Shown one piece after another: positions 1-8,733 of a stretch of DNA of 64,000 bases. The stretch is from Candidatus Nealsonbacteria bacterium. GTDB taxonomy: Bacteria > Patescibacteriota > Minisyncoccia > Minisyncoccales > JANBVM01. The DNA lies in assembly GCA_026016225.1 (NCBI GenBank), contig CP061210.1, positions 66,000-129,999 of the forward strand, read 5' to 3'. The notes below the pieces were generated by a model. It was not told the DNA's origin, did not search any database, and saw only the letters and a list, made by a program, of their open reading frames with translations. The position numbers and the translations under genes were made by a program. Positions within the stretch are counted from its first letter, which is position 1; every line of letters starts with the position of its first letter.

Positions 1-1595
1 AAATAAGTATTTATAAATTGACAGGCATAATCAAAATGTTCCATCTGACAACGATAATCTTCAAAATAAAATATTTCGTAGTTCTTTTTAATCTCTTCTG
101 AAATTGCGTTTAAAAACATATCTTTATTTTCTGGAGAAATAAGGTCTATGTCAATTGCTCTTCTTTGGTTGTCTTTAAAATAATCATTAGTAACAACCAT
201 AAATCTAGTAGTAATAATAATTGAATCTTTGGGGGTTTTGCTAACAGCTAAAAAATAATCTTTATTAAAACCTATCTGGCCTCTTGCATCTTTGAATAAA
301 GCACGAGGGAAGGATAAATGTGAAGTAAAAATAAGTGCGAGAGCTAAAAAAGAAAGAATCCACTCCTTTTTTATCCTTATTCTTTTTTTTATCCTATTCC
401 CGATCCAATCCCAGGTATAAGCTGCTATTATAGCATAAGGTAAATGAAAAAATAAACTCCTCCTTACATAATCATCACTAAAAAGATTGTCAACAGAAAA
501 TGAGGCATAAAATATCAGATACAATAAAAATAAAGATAAAATAAAAATATATTTAACTTTAGTAGATAAAATTATAAGTATGAAACCGACAAAGAAGAGA
601 AAGGTAGCAAAGATACTATATTGGTTTACTTCCTCTATTGGAGAAAAAGGAATAATATTAAAAAACTGTTTTAAAAAAAGCTGAACATTATAAGGGATTC
701 TTTTATAATAAAGACCAAAAATACCAGGAACGTCATAATAAATATAAGGATTGTTATGCAAAAGCCAATAAAGAGCTGGAATCTGAATAATTAAAAAAAG
801 TAAAACCAAGGCAAAAGCATACAGGATGTATTTATAGTTTGTTTTCCCTAAGGAAAAATTTTTCGGTATGGCTCTAATCTCTTCCCATTTAAAGAGGACT
901 AAGAAGAATAATAAAAGAGGTAAGAGTATATAATTTTCTTGTCGTACATAAATAGAATAAGATAAGCTCAAAACGGTCAAAATCCACAGACTCAATTTAT
1001 TGGCTCTCAGAGCAATAAAATAAAAAAGAATTGTCAATCCTACAAAGAATAAATAAGTAGGTCTCGAGGAACCAGTTTGAGAATGAATTATATTTAAAGG
1101 AAGAAGAGAAAATATAAGAGAAGCATATAATCCAACTTTTTTATTAAAAATTAAGTAAGAGATAAGAAAAATAATTATTATCGTCAGACTGCCAAGAACG
1201 GCTGAAATTATAGGGCCGTTTAAGCTGTGAAAACCAAACAAAATGCTGACTAAAGATATAAGAAATGGATAACCTGCTAAAAAGAGCACCTGTTCATAAA
1301 GCAAACAATTCTTAATATTCCCCAAAGCGCAACATTTAACAAATTCACCCTGATTTAGCCAATAGTTAGCTGATTCCTGAAAAACAAAACCATCTGTATG
1401 GGGTCCCAGCCAGTATTGGGAGTTCCTTAAACAAAAACCAATAATAAATATCAATAATAAGATAGACCATGTTTTTTTACTTATCTTTTTAAAGGGGCTC
1501 AAAATATCTTTAAGGTTAATAACAAAAAGAAACATCAGAGCTATTAAATGAACCGACATAAAATAAAATAACCAACTGGAAAAAATTTTATACAT
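1..1595 (-). CDS. Polytopic membrane protein, GT-C / GT39 (ArnT/PMT_2)-like glycosyltransferase; partial, C-terminus runs off the window
   Basis: Hand translation from the ATG at 1595-1593 (MYKIFSSWLFYFMSVHLIALMF...) found no stop down to position 1. The product has many hydrophobic helices. It is absent from the ORF track, presumably because it has no in-window stop. Confidence 0.45.
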   Translation of the reverse strand, partial: MYKIFSSWLFYFMSVHLIALMFLFVINLKDILSPFKKISKKTWSILLLIFIIGFCLRNSQYWLGPHTDGFVFQESANYWLNQGEFVKCCALGNIKNCLLYEQVLFLAGYPFLISLVSILFGFHSLNGPIISAVLGSLTIIIIFLISYLIFNKKVGLYASLIFSLLPLNIIHSQTGSSRPTYLFFVGLTILFYFIALRANKLSLWILTVLSLSYSIYVRQENYILLPLLLFFLVLFKWEEIRAIPKNFSLGKTNYKYILYAFALVLLFLIIQIPALYWLLHNNPYIYYDVPGIFGLYYKRIPYNVQLFLKQFFNIIPFSPIEEVNQYSIFATFLFFVGFILIILSTKVKYIFILSLFLLYLIFYASFSVDNLFSDDYVRRSLFFHLPYAIIAAYTWDWIGNRIKKRIRIKKEWILSFLALALIFTSHLSFPRALFKDARGQIGFNKDYFLAVSKTPKDSIIITTRFMVVTNDYFKDNQRRAIDIDLISPENKDMFLNAISEEIKKNYEIFYFEDYRCQMEHFDYACQFINTY

Positions 1596-1619
1596 AACCT
1601 ATAGATTATTATTTATAAA

Positions 1620-2519
1620 TTATTTAATTGGCTTAAATTCATCCCAGCCAAAAATTTCCGGATATTCCTTCCAGGGACCTTCACAAATTTTATAATATTT
1701 ACAATGAGAACAAGCAGGTCCTTTGACCTTCCCCTTGGTTTTACGATAATAACCGTAGTTATCTATTTCCAAATCGTTATCAAAAACAGTAGTATCAGGA
1801 ATCACTTTTTCAGCTATATATTGCTCGTATCCTTTCATAAAACAATAAGGAATGGCTTCGGTCATTACTTTAACTCCGGCTTTAATTCCAGTCTGTAATC
1901 CTTTTTTTACATAAGGTTCTACCTCTGAATGTTTTGGTACAATCTCTTTAATTAACTGAGGGTTACGAGCAATAGTCTGATTAATATGCATAAAAGCAAA
2001 CTGAAACTGGTCTACCCCTAAATCCACCAGTAATTTAGCTAAATTTGGTAAATCTTTGTAATTTGGTTTAGTAATTACTGTATTGGTTAAAATATACTGC
2101 CCTAGAGATTTTAAGTTTTTAATTCCTTGAACAGTTTGCTCAAAACTACCTGAAACCCGGGTTAGATAATTATGGACTTTAGCATTGGAGGCATGAAGGG
2201 CTGGTGAGAACTCATCTGCTCCGGCTCTAATTACTTTACTGCAAAAATCCTTGTAGGCAAACATTCTTCCGTTGGTTTGGATTTGAATTGCTTCATAACC
2301 CAACTCTTTGGCATATTTCACCCATTCTGCAAGTTCTTTTCTAATAGTAGGCTCTCCTCCCGTAAAAACAACTCCCTGGTGGTCCTTTACTTCTTTTCTT
2401 AAAATTGCTCTTACTTCTTCATCAGACCTATTGGGGCATATTTCCCTCTTATTTCCTTGGACACAAAATCTACAGCGGTTATTACATTGAAAGCCTATTT
2501 TTAAATCAATTCGTCTCAT
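1620..2519 (-). CDS. Radical SAM protein (fourth rSAM of the locus) with a C-terminal Cys-rich twitch/SPASM-like segment
   Basis: CNNRCRFC (CX3CX2C) at residues 12-19, GGEPT motif, and C-terminal CSHCKYYKICEGPW. Confidence 0.8.
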   Translation of the reverse strand: MRRIDLKIGFQCNNRCRFCVQGNKREICPNRSDEEVRAILRKEVKDHQGVVFTGGEPTIRKELAEWVKYAKELGYEAIQIQTNGRMFAYKDFCSKVIRAGADEFSPALHASNAKVHNYLTRVSGSFEQTVQGIKNLKSLGQYILTNTVITKPNYKDLPNLAKLLVDLGVDQFQFAFMHINQTIARNPQLIKEIVPKHSEVEPYVKKGLQTGIKAGVKVMTEAIPYCFMKGYEQYIAEKVIPDTTVFDNDLEIDNYGYYRKTKGKVKGPACSHCKYYKICEGPWKEYPEIFGWDEFKPIK

Positions 2520-2625
2520 TGTTATTTTAAAGATAAAATATCTTATCTATTTTATGTTTTATCTTAACATTTTTAAAGGAGGCAACAAGCCTCCTCAAAT
2601 TTAACTATTTATTTTAATTTTAGCT
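2518..2625. repeat. Noncoding direct repeat, copy 1 (about 72 nt identical to copy 2, then diverging)
   Basis: attgttattttaaagataaaatatcttatctattttatgttttatcttaacatttttaaaggaggc recurs at 3525. It contains the aagata-aaa-tatctt palindrome and the aggaggc/gcctcct hairpin. Confidence 0.85.
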
Positions 2626-2741
2626 AATTCTATTATTTTATTAAGACATTTTCCTTAAAATTGTAAACTTACTTCTACTATTGACTCGCCCCCGGAATTC
2701 CCAAAAATTGACTAGAGATAATCTGTTTCCCAAAAACTTTC

Positions 2742-3368
2742 TTAATAATAAATAATATTCTCGTTTAAGTCTACTATCCCTGTTACAAAATGAGTAGCTA
2801 CCGTTTCTCCTAATAAATTCTTGAGAGGCTCTAAACACTTTATTCTTTGAGTTCTATCAATCCATTCTTGGGTTATTTCCTCTTCCCTAAGAGTTATAGC
2901 AAAGAAATAATAATCGGTAAGCTGAGATAGATTTCCATTTTCAGACTCTATAAAAACCCTGCAATTCTTCCCAGAAGACCTAACAGCTTCATCTATAGCC
3001 TTGGCGGTGTCAAGATTACACTCCTTTATTTGTCCCATAGAAACGCTCTGCTGAGGAAAATATTTATTCAAATTGGCTGTTTGGTAGGCAGGACCGAATC
3101 GACAGGAAAACCAGTAACCGGTAGGTTCTTTCACGATATGGACCAGGTTAACTAGATGGTCTTCCTTTAGAAAATCACCGTACATTTCTATTGCCTTCTG
3201 TCCTGTATGCTGTCTTGCTATGGCAAAAATCTTCCTGAGCTCCTCATCTGTAATAGGAGAAAGCTCTCTAGGTGAAGTCTCCGCTTGGTTAAAATACTGG
3301 AAAAAGAACAGGGTTCCTACTCCTATCACAAACAGAACGCCAGTTAATAATATCAATTTTTTATTCAT
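2742..3368 (-). CDS. N-terminally anchored/exported protein of unknown function, paralog of 3665-4297
   Basis: N-terminal hydrophobic helix (LILLTGVLFVIGVGTLFFF). Shared blocks with its neighbour include LVNLVHIVKE, SC.FG.AY.T.NL and GQIK.C...TAKAID. Four Cys positions are conserved. Confidence 0.55.
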   Translation of the reverse strand: MNKKLILLTGVLFVIGVGTLFFFQYFNQAETSPRELSPITDEELRKIFAIARQHTGQKAIEMYGDFLKEDHLVNLVHIVKEPTGYWFSCRFGPAYQTANLNKYFPQQSVSMGQIKECNLDTAKAIDEAVRSSGKNCRVFIESENGNLSQLTDYYFFAITLREEEITQEWIDRTQRIKCLEPLKNLLGETVATHFVTGIVDLNENIIYY

Positions 3369-3524
3369 GTCTCTTTTTTATGTGATATTTATTTCTCTCT
3401 TTGACCTTTAGAAAAATATAAACCTCTTTATTAAGATAACACAGTCAATAAATCTCGGCAAGCTAAAATTAACCAATGTTTACTAGTTTTAAATCTTTAT
3501 TTGTTAATTTTCCAGAGTCTTTAG

Positions 3525-3632
3525 ATTGTTATTTTAAAGATAAAATATCTTATCTATTTTATGTTTTATCTTAACATTTTTAAAGGAGGCGACAAGCTTC
3601 CCTTAAACTATTTAATCTTAAATTTTAGCTAT
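3525..3632. repeat. Noncoding direct repeat, copy 2
   Basis: Offset 1007 nt from copy 1. The hairpin arm is degraded here (ggaggcgacaagcttcc). Confidence 0.85.
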
Positions 3633-3664
3633 GGTGAAAGATAATATTTTCTTTAAATAAATTC

Positions 3665-4297
3665 TTAGAAATAAATATAGTTTTCGTCTAAATCAACTAT
3701 CGCTGTGAAGACAGTAGACGTTATTTCTCCTATAAAATTCTCTAAGAGGGGTTTGGCGCATTCTCCTTCTTTATCATAAGTATCTATTAACTCCTGGGTT
3801 ATTTCTCTCTGTTCTAAAAGTAAAGTAATTAAATAATAATCGTTCTTTCTGAATCCCGACATATCAGAATCTAAAGGAACTAAACATTGAATATCGTTAG
3901 AAGTTATAGCTTGGTCTATTGCTTTTGCAGTTTCGACATCACAGTTTTTGATTTGACCTAAGGTAACTAATCCTTCAGGGAAGAACCTATGTAAATTAAC
4001 AGTCTCATAGGCGGAACCGAACTGACAAGAAATTTCATAATCGGAACCTTCTTTTACAATATGAACTAAGTTAATTAAAGACTTTTCGTTTAAAAAGGGG
4101 TCGTACCTCTCCATTATATCTCTCATATATTTTCCTCGTTGTTGTACAGATATATCAAAAATCTTTCCTAATTCAAATTTTGCAACGGGCGGAAACTCTT
4201 CGGTTGAAGGAATGGTTTGTCTGGAATATTGAGAAAAGAATATAATAGTTATTCCTATCACAACTACACTTATTAAAATCATCTGTATTTTATTCAT
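3665..4297 (-). CDS. N-terminally anchored/exported protein of unknown function, paralog of 2742-3368
   Basis: Same architecture and conserved blocks as 2742-3368; the two form a tandem duplicate. Confidence 0.55.
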   Translation of the reverse strand: MNKIQMILISVVVIGITIIFFSQYSRQTIPSTEEFPPVAKFELGKIFDISVQQRGKYMRDIMERYDPFLNEKSLINLVHIVKEGSDYEISCQFGSAYETVNLHRFFPEGLVTLGQIKNCDVETAKAIDQAITSNDIQCLVPLDSDMSGFRKNDYYLITLLLEQREITQELIDTYDKEGECAKPLLENFIGEITSTVFTAIVDLDENYIYF

Positions 4298-4421
4298 AAT
4301 TTATCTTCTGGTCTACTATTTATTTTGTTTTTTGACCTTTAAAGAATATAAGCCCCTCTAATAAGAAGAATAACATATCTAATATAAGCCAGCAAGCTAA
4401 AGTTAATCTTTACTTGGAAGT

Positions 4422-5945
4422 TCAAAAAAATTTCGCTGTTAAATATTCAACCGGAGCAAAATCATCAGTAAGTATAAAAACAGCATCAAAGTTGAGATTT
4501 TCAGGATCAAGAAGTTTTTTGGGTAAATTGCGAATTAGTCTCTTTTCGTGCTGTAAAATCTCTTGACTTCCAAAATCAATTCTCCGAGAGTTATTTAAGC
4601 CGAGAAAAATGAAATTTTGTAAACCTTTTTTATCTGGTGAATCTACTGCAAAAAAATAACTATTTTCAAAAACCGACCTAAAGGTCTTCATCTCCGAAAG
4701 TATAAAGGAGTCAGCTCCTTTATTTAATGTTCCACCAATATTCATTAAAAAGAGGCCATCTTCTGAAAGTTTGCTTTTAGCTAAAGAAAAGAACTCTTGA
4801 GTCGTAAAGTGGGTAGGAATGAAATAAATATAATAAACATCTGCAAAAATCATGTTATAGTTTTGATTTGTCTCTTGAAGAAACCTCCGTCCATCAGTAA
4901 CATGATTGAACAATCTCGGGTCTTCTTGGAACCTGAAATATTTCTTAGCTATCTGGTAAAGTTCTGGTGCGATTTCCACTACATCAATTCTTTTAACATT
5001 ATTTTGATCTAAAAGTAGTTTTCTTGGGGTAGAATAGGCACCCCCTCCTAAAAATAAAGCTTTTTCAGCTTGAGGATTCACAATCTCGTAAATGACATAG
5101 TATTTTGTATATTCAAAGGGTAATTCATCTGATTCAAGAAACGCCGCTCCTTGAAGAGTACCATCAAGACGCAGAACTCTAACTTTTTCATTTCTGATTT
5201 CAATATCCTCAACGATTATCTGATTGTAAAGACCGTCTTTTTGCAAAATAATAGATTCATCCTTTGGTAAAAAAAGAGTGATAAAGCTAAAAAGCAAAAC
5301 AATTATCGTGAAGAGAAATAATTCAGGCCTCTTAAAATAATTTTCATACTTCTCGTCCTTGAAAAACCAACCTCCTGAAACCCCAACAATAATAAGCGTT
5401 AATGCGGTTGAAATAATAATTTTACTTATCCCAAAATGAGGGATAAGAAAAAAACCAGCAAGAAAACTACCGATAATACTTCCAAGAGTTGACCAAAAAA
5501 ACACCTTGCCTGTTACTTTGCCGATTTCTTTCAATTCAAGGGTCTTTAATTTGATAGCAAAAGGAGATATCATCCCTAAGATTAAACTAGGAATGAAAAA
5601 TAAAATCAGACTAGCAATGGGAAGGCCTATCTTCATATCAAGAGTTGTTCCTAAAGTCGGCAATGCAGTTTTTGAGAAGACCTGGATTAAAAGAGAGAAA
5701 ATACCAGCAACAAAAATGAGGAAGAAAAAAACTGAAAATTTAGGATATTTGTCAGCAAAAACACCCCCGAGATAATAACCCAAACTTAATCCTCCTAAAA
5801 CAATACCGATTATACTCGAAATAGTAAATAAAGTATTACCAAAATAAGGAGCAAGTATTCTGATGGCAGTAACCTCAATAATAAGAATTGCTGCTCCAGT
5901 TATAAAAACTATAAAAAAGAGGATATTTCTTTTTAGGATCTCCAT
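4422..5945 (-). CDS. Membrane-embedded spermidine synthase-like (aminopropyl/methyltransferase-fold) fusion protein
   Basis: About 7 N-terminal TM helices, followed by a class I SAM-fold region (LFLGGGAYSTPRKLL, VDVVEIAPEL, DVYY) typical of spermidine synthase family fusions. Confidence 0.65.
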   Translation of the reverse strand: MEILKRNILFFIVFITGAAILIIEVTAIRILAPYFGNTLFTISSIIGIVLGGLSLGYYLGGVFADKYPKFSVFFFLIFVAGIFSLLIQVFSKTALPTLGTTLDMKIGLPIASLILFFIPSLILGMISPFAIKLKTLELKEIGKVTGKVFFWSTLGSIIGSFLAGFFLIPHFGISKIIISTALTLIIVGVSGGWFFKDEKYENYFKRPELFLFTIIVLLFSFITLFLPKDESIILQKDGLYNQIIVEDIEIRNEKVRVLRLDGTLQGAAFLESDELPFEYTKYYVIYEIVNPQAEKALFLGGGAYSTPRKLLLDQNNVKRIDVVEIAPELYQIAKKYFRFQEDPRLFNHVTDGRRFLQETNQNYNMIFADVYYIYFIPTHFTTQEFFSLAKSKLSEDGLFLMNIGGTLNKGADSFILSEMKTFRSVFENSYFFAVDSPDKKGLQNFIFLGLNNSRRIDFGSQEILQHEKRLIRNLPKKLLDPENLNFDAVFILTDDFAPVEYLTAKFF

Positions 5946-5962
5946 ATGAAAAAATAATTACT

Positions 5963-6913
5963 TTATGAGGGCACAGATTCATTATTTTGAAGAAATTTAT
6001 AAATTAAACAGCCGCCTTGACACTGTTTATTCTTTTTAAAAACACAATCTTTGCACTGAGGAAAGAAATCTATCTCCCATTTTAGTCTATTAACAACATC
6101 TTTATAATAATTTGTTATCTCTTTTTGGTTCTTAAATTTCTTTAAGGAAGGACCCTCCACAGCTAAAAGAAGACAGGGTAATATTGTCAAATCAGGAGTT
6201 ACTACGCAACCTTCTCCTGTCCAACAAATGCTGTGAAAACCGCTATTTTTCATTAAGAATGCTCTCTCTTTTTCGGAAAAAAGACATCGAGGAAACGGTT
6301 GAGCAAAACAGCCTCGGATATCATGTTCTACCAGGCTTTTCGCTAACTTTAAAATATATTGAGTGAAATCCTTCAGTTTTTCCTTTTTAATATATTCGTT
6401 TTGATTGAGGGCTGAGGGTAAAACCAATGCAAAATCTACCCGGCGAATATTTAATCTCTCACAGGTATCAATAAGATAGCTATAAGAAACATCAAGGGAG
6501 ATTATATTAAATCTCAAAATCACCCTTTTAACTCTTCTCATGGCTTCTAAATTAGAATAAAGAGTCTTTAGTTCTTGGGAAGAATATTCTGAAGGCGGAT
6601 TAAGGGTAACCAAAAAAGAATCTATAGCCGGAGAGTCGATATTGATTCTTTTAATATCGGTAGTTCCATTAGTAGAAATTACTATCTTCAAGCCATACTT
6701 CTCAGCCAATTCTAAGGCAGAATTAATTTTACTAAATAGAGTAGGTTCTCCCCCGCCAAAACTTACCCTTTTTATCTTTTGTTTAGTAGCCCATCTAAAA
6801 ACACTTTCCAGTCCCTGTAAAGAAATCTCCCGGGGCCATTTTTCTAAAAATCCCTTAGCAAAACAATAATTGCAATTTCTATTGCAAGCATAAGTGAGAT
6901 TAATATGCATCAT
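5963..6913 (-). CDS. Radical SAM/SPASM-domain protein (third rSAM of the locus)
   Basis: CNRNCNYC near the N-terminus, GGGEPTLF, and the C-terminal Cys cluster CWTGEGC...LPC...CKDC...CQGGC. Confidence 0.8.
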   Translation of the reverse strand: MMHINLTYACNRNCNYCFAKGFLEKWPREISLQGLESVFRWATKQKIKRVSFGGGEPTLFSKINSALELAEKYGLKIVISTNGTTDIKRINIDSPAIDSFLVTLNPPSEYSSQELKTLYSNLEAMRRVKRVILRFNIISLDVSYSYLIDTCERLNIRRVDFALVLPSALNQNEYIKKEKLKDFTQYILKLAKSLVEHDIRGCFAQPFPRCLFSEKERAFLMKNSGFHSICWTGEGCVVTPDLTILPCLLLAVEGPSLKKFKNQKEITNYYKDVVNRLKWEIDFFPQCKDCVFKKNKQCQGGCLIYKFLQNNESVPS

Positions 6914-6916
6914 CTA

Positions 6917-6943
6917 ATAAAAATGGCTATACTCCCAATAGCC
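6917..6943 (-). terminator. Weak hairpin plus T-run between the HxS-repeat gene and the next rSAM gene (possible attenuator)
   Basis: On the minus strand, ggctat-tgggagt-atagcc is followed by atttttat, directly upstream of the ATG at 6913. The stem is only 6 bp. Confidence 0.25.
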
Positions 6944-7010
6944 AATATTATAGTAATATTTTCCAAATTTACAAAAGTAAACACTTCTTATTCAGAATAT
7001 ACTAACCCTG

Positions 7011-8687
7011 TTAAAGAGGAGTGTAATATCCTTTAGATTTCAGAACAAACGAAGCTCTCTGATTAAGTCCAAGAGTCTCTTTTATTATAGGAAACTCCAA
7101 TTCAATGTATTGACCTGGAATCAATTCTACTCTTCCATCTTTTAAGCACTTTTTATTAACATCTTTATTTTCAGAATGCTTCAAGTTAGATAGTTTAACA
7201 ACCTTCTCTCTAATATTAGAAGTACTTGAGATATTATTAACATCTGTCAAACCAACAAAACTTAGATTATGAGGTCTGGTCCACTTTGCTCTCAGAGATA
7301 AGGATTTCTGACTTTTTTTAACATATTGGGAAATATCAACCAGACCCAAAGAGAGCTTCTCTCTAGGATGGACAACCTCAACTGGCTTTTCTTTATTTTT
7401 ATCAGCATATATAAATAGATGGATGCTTGGCGAAATTTTCGCCAAAGCACCTTTAGCGTCCTTTGCTTCTTTAATAATATTTGCCACTGCTATAGAAGCT
7501 ACTCCTATCTTTTTCAAGGAATCAATTAATCTGTTTCCAGAAACAATCCTTTCCAGTTTCTGTTCTACCTCTTTAATTCTGGGGTAATCTCCTCTAAGGC
7601 TGGCTCTAAAAATCAGGTGACAGTTTCTCAAGTCCTCAATATTATCAAATCTAATATTTAATATCTCGCCTTTCTCGCCTTTAAAGAATGCTTTATCGTT
7701 TAAAGCAGACAGTTTCTTTGTCCAATCTTTGCCTTTTTTATCTTTAATTGAAGAGGGCAGGACAAGATTTTTGAAAGCAACTATTTTATTATTGATAATG
7801 CCAATGCTTGATTCTTTTGGATGAATAATTTTAATGAATTCAAAATTGTGGAAATAAGAGTGTTCTCTCTCAAACTCCATTACTCTTAAGAGGTATTTCT
7901 TGTTCTTTGGCTGAGGTATTATCTCCAATTTATACAGCTCTTCAATAATAGTATCTTTTCTCAATATGTTTTCAGATTCGGGCAAGATATTGTTATCAAT
8001 AATAAACCTTCTGCCGTTCCAGACTGAAATAAAGGGACAACAACCACTAGTATGGCAGGAGCTATGGGAGCTATGGCAGTTAGTATGGCAGGACTGGTGA
8101 TTGACGTGGCAGGAGCCGTGAGAGCCGTGGGAACTGTGGGAACCGTGGGAACCGTGAGAGCTGTGAGAGCCGTGAGAGCCGTGAGAGCCGTGGGAACCGT
8201 GGGAGCTGTGAGAACTGTGAGAGCCGTGGGAACTGTGGGAACCGTGGGAACCGTGGGAACCGTGGGAGCCGTGGGAGCTGTGAGAACTGTGGGAGCTGTG
8301 AGAGCCGTGAGAACCGTGGGAACCGTGAGAGGCGTGAGAACTGTGAGCAAGGACTCTGCGGGAGCCAAGAAAAGTATGACTTCCATCTCCTGATTCATTT
8401 GAGAAATAACTTGTATGACTGGCTGGAGGAGATACGGGCTTAGCAAGACCTGACTGAGGAATATTATGTCCAGATATGTTTTCAAAAAAGCTTTGATGGG
8501 TAGCAGAAACTGTTTGAGCTAACATTGTTCCTAACATTGCCACCCCTATCCCTAAGTCTAAAACACTTTTCTTACTTATCTTCCCCTCCTCGCTTGTAAG
8601 AAAGGCTTTGATATCCTTTTTTATTGAAGGTAGTTTCTTCATAGTTCTCTTTATGTTATTATTTTTACCGCTTTTATTATAGCCCAA
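7011..8687 (-). CDS. His-Xaa-Ser repeat protein (HxsA-like): signal/anchor, 26 HxS triplets, Cys/His cluster and a roughly 340-aa C-terminal domain
   Basis: Residues 115-192 read HSS HAS HGS HGS ... without interruption, followed by CHVNHQSCHTNCHSSHSSCHTSGCC. The N-terminal hydrophobic segment is LGIGVAMLGTMLAQTVSA. The true start may be the internal MKKLPSIKK. Confidence 0.8.
   Translation of the reverse strand: MGYNKSGKNNNIKRTMKKLPSIKKDIKAFLTSEEGKISKKSVLDLGIGVAMLGTMLAQTVSATHQSFFENISGHNIPQSGLAKPVSPPASHTSYFSNESGDGSHTFLGSRRVLAHSSHASHGSHGSHGSHSSHSSHSSHGSHGSHGSHGSHSSHGSHSSHSSHGSHGSHGSHGSHSSHGSHGSHSSHGSHGSCHVNHQSCHTNCHSSHSSCHTSGCCPFISVWNGRRFIIDNNILPESENILRKDTIIEELYKLEIIPQPKNKKYLLRVMEFEREHSYFHNFEFIKIIHPKESSIGIINNKIVAFKNLVLPSSIKDKKGKDWTKKLSALNDKAFFKGEKGEILNIRFDNIEDLRNCHLIFRASLRGDYPRIKEVEQKLERIVSGNRLIDSLKKIGVASIAVANIIKEAKDAKGALAKISPSIHLFIYADKNKEKPVEVVHPREKLSLGLVDISQYVKKSQKSLSLRAKWTRPHNLSFVGLTDVNNISSTSNIREKVVKLSNLKHSENKDVNKKCLKDGRVELIPGQYIELEFPIIKETLGLNQRASFVLKSKGYYTPL
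8112..8345 (-). repeat. Coding tandem repeat (9-nt unit, CAC-NNN-TCN) encoding (His-Xaa-Ser)x26
   Basis: The plus strand reads gtgggaacc / gtgagagcc / gtgagaact units. The tract is locally much more GC-rich than its surroundings. Confidence 0.9.
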
Positions 8688-8733
8688 TTTATATTATAGC
8701 ACAATGAAAATCCCAAAGAAAGCATTTCAAGGT

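Noticed and set aside
8112-8345. Possible CRISPR array or noncoding satellite.
   Set aside because: The unit is 9 nt with no spacers. It is in frame within a long ORF and is translated as His-Xaa-Ser.
7961-8485. Track ORFs 7961-8485 (-) and 8052-8393 (+), with PTV/LTA and VGT/VRA repeat peptides.
   Set aside because: They are alternative-frame and antisense readings of the 9-nt HxS coding repeat. Only the 558-aa frame has a signal sequence and a non-repetitive continuation on both sides.
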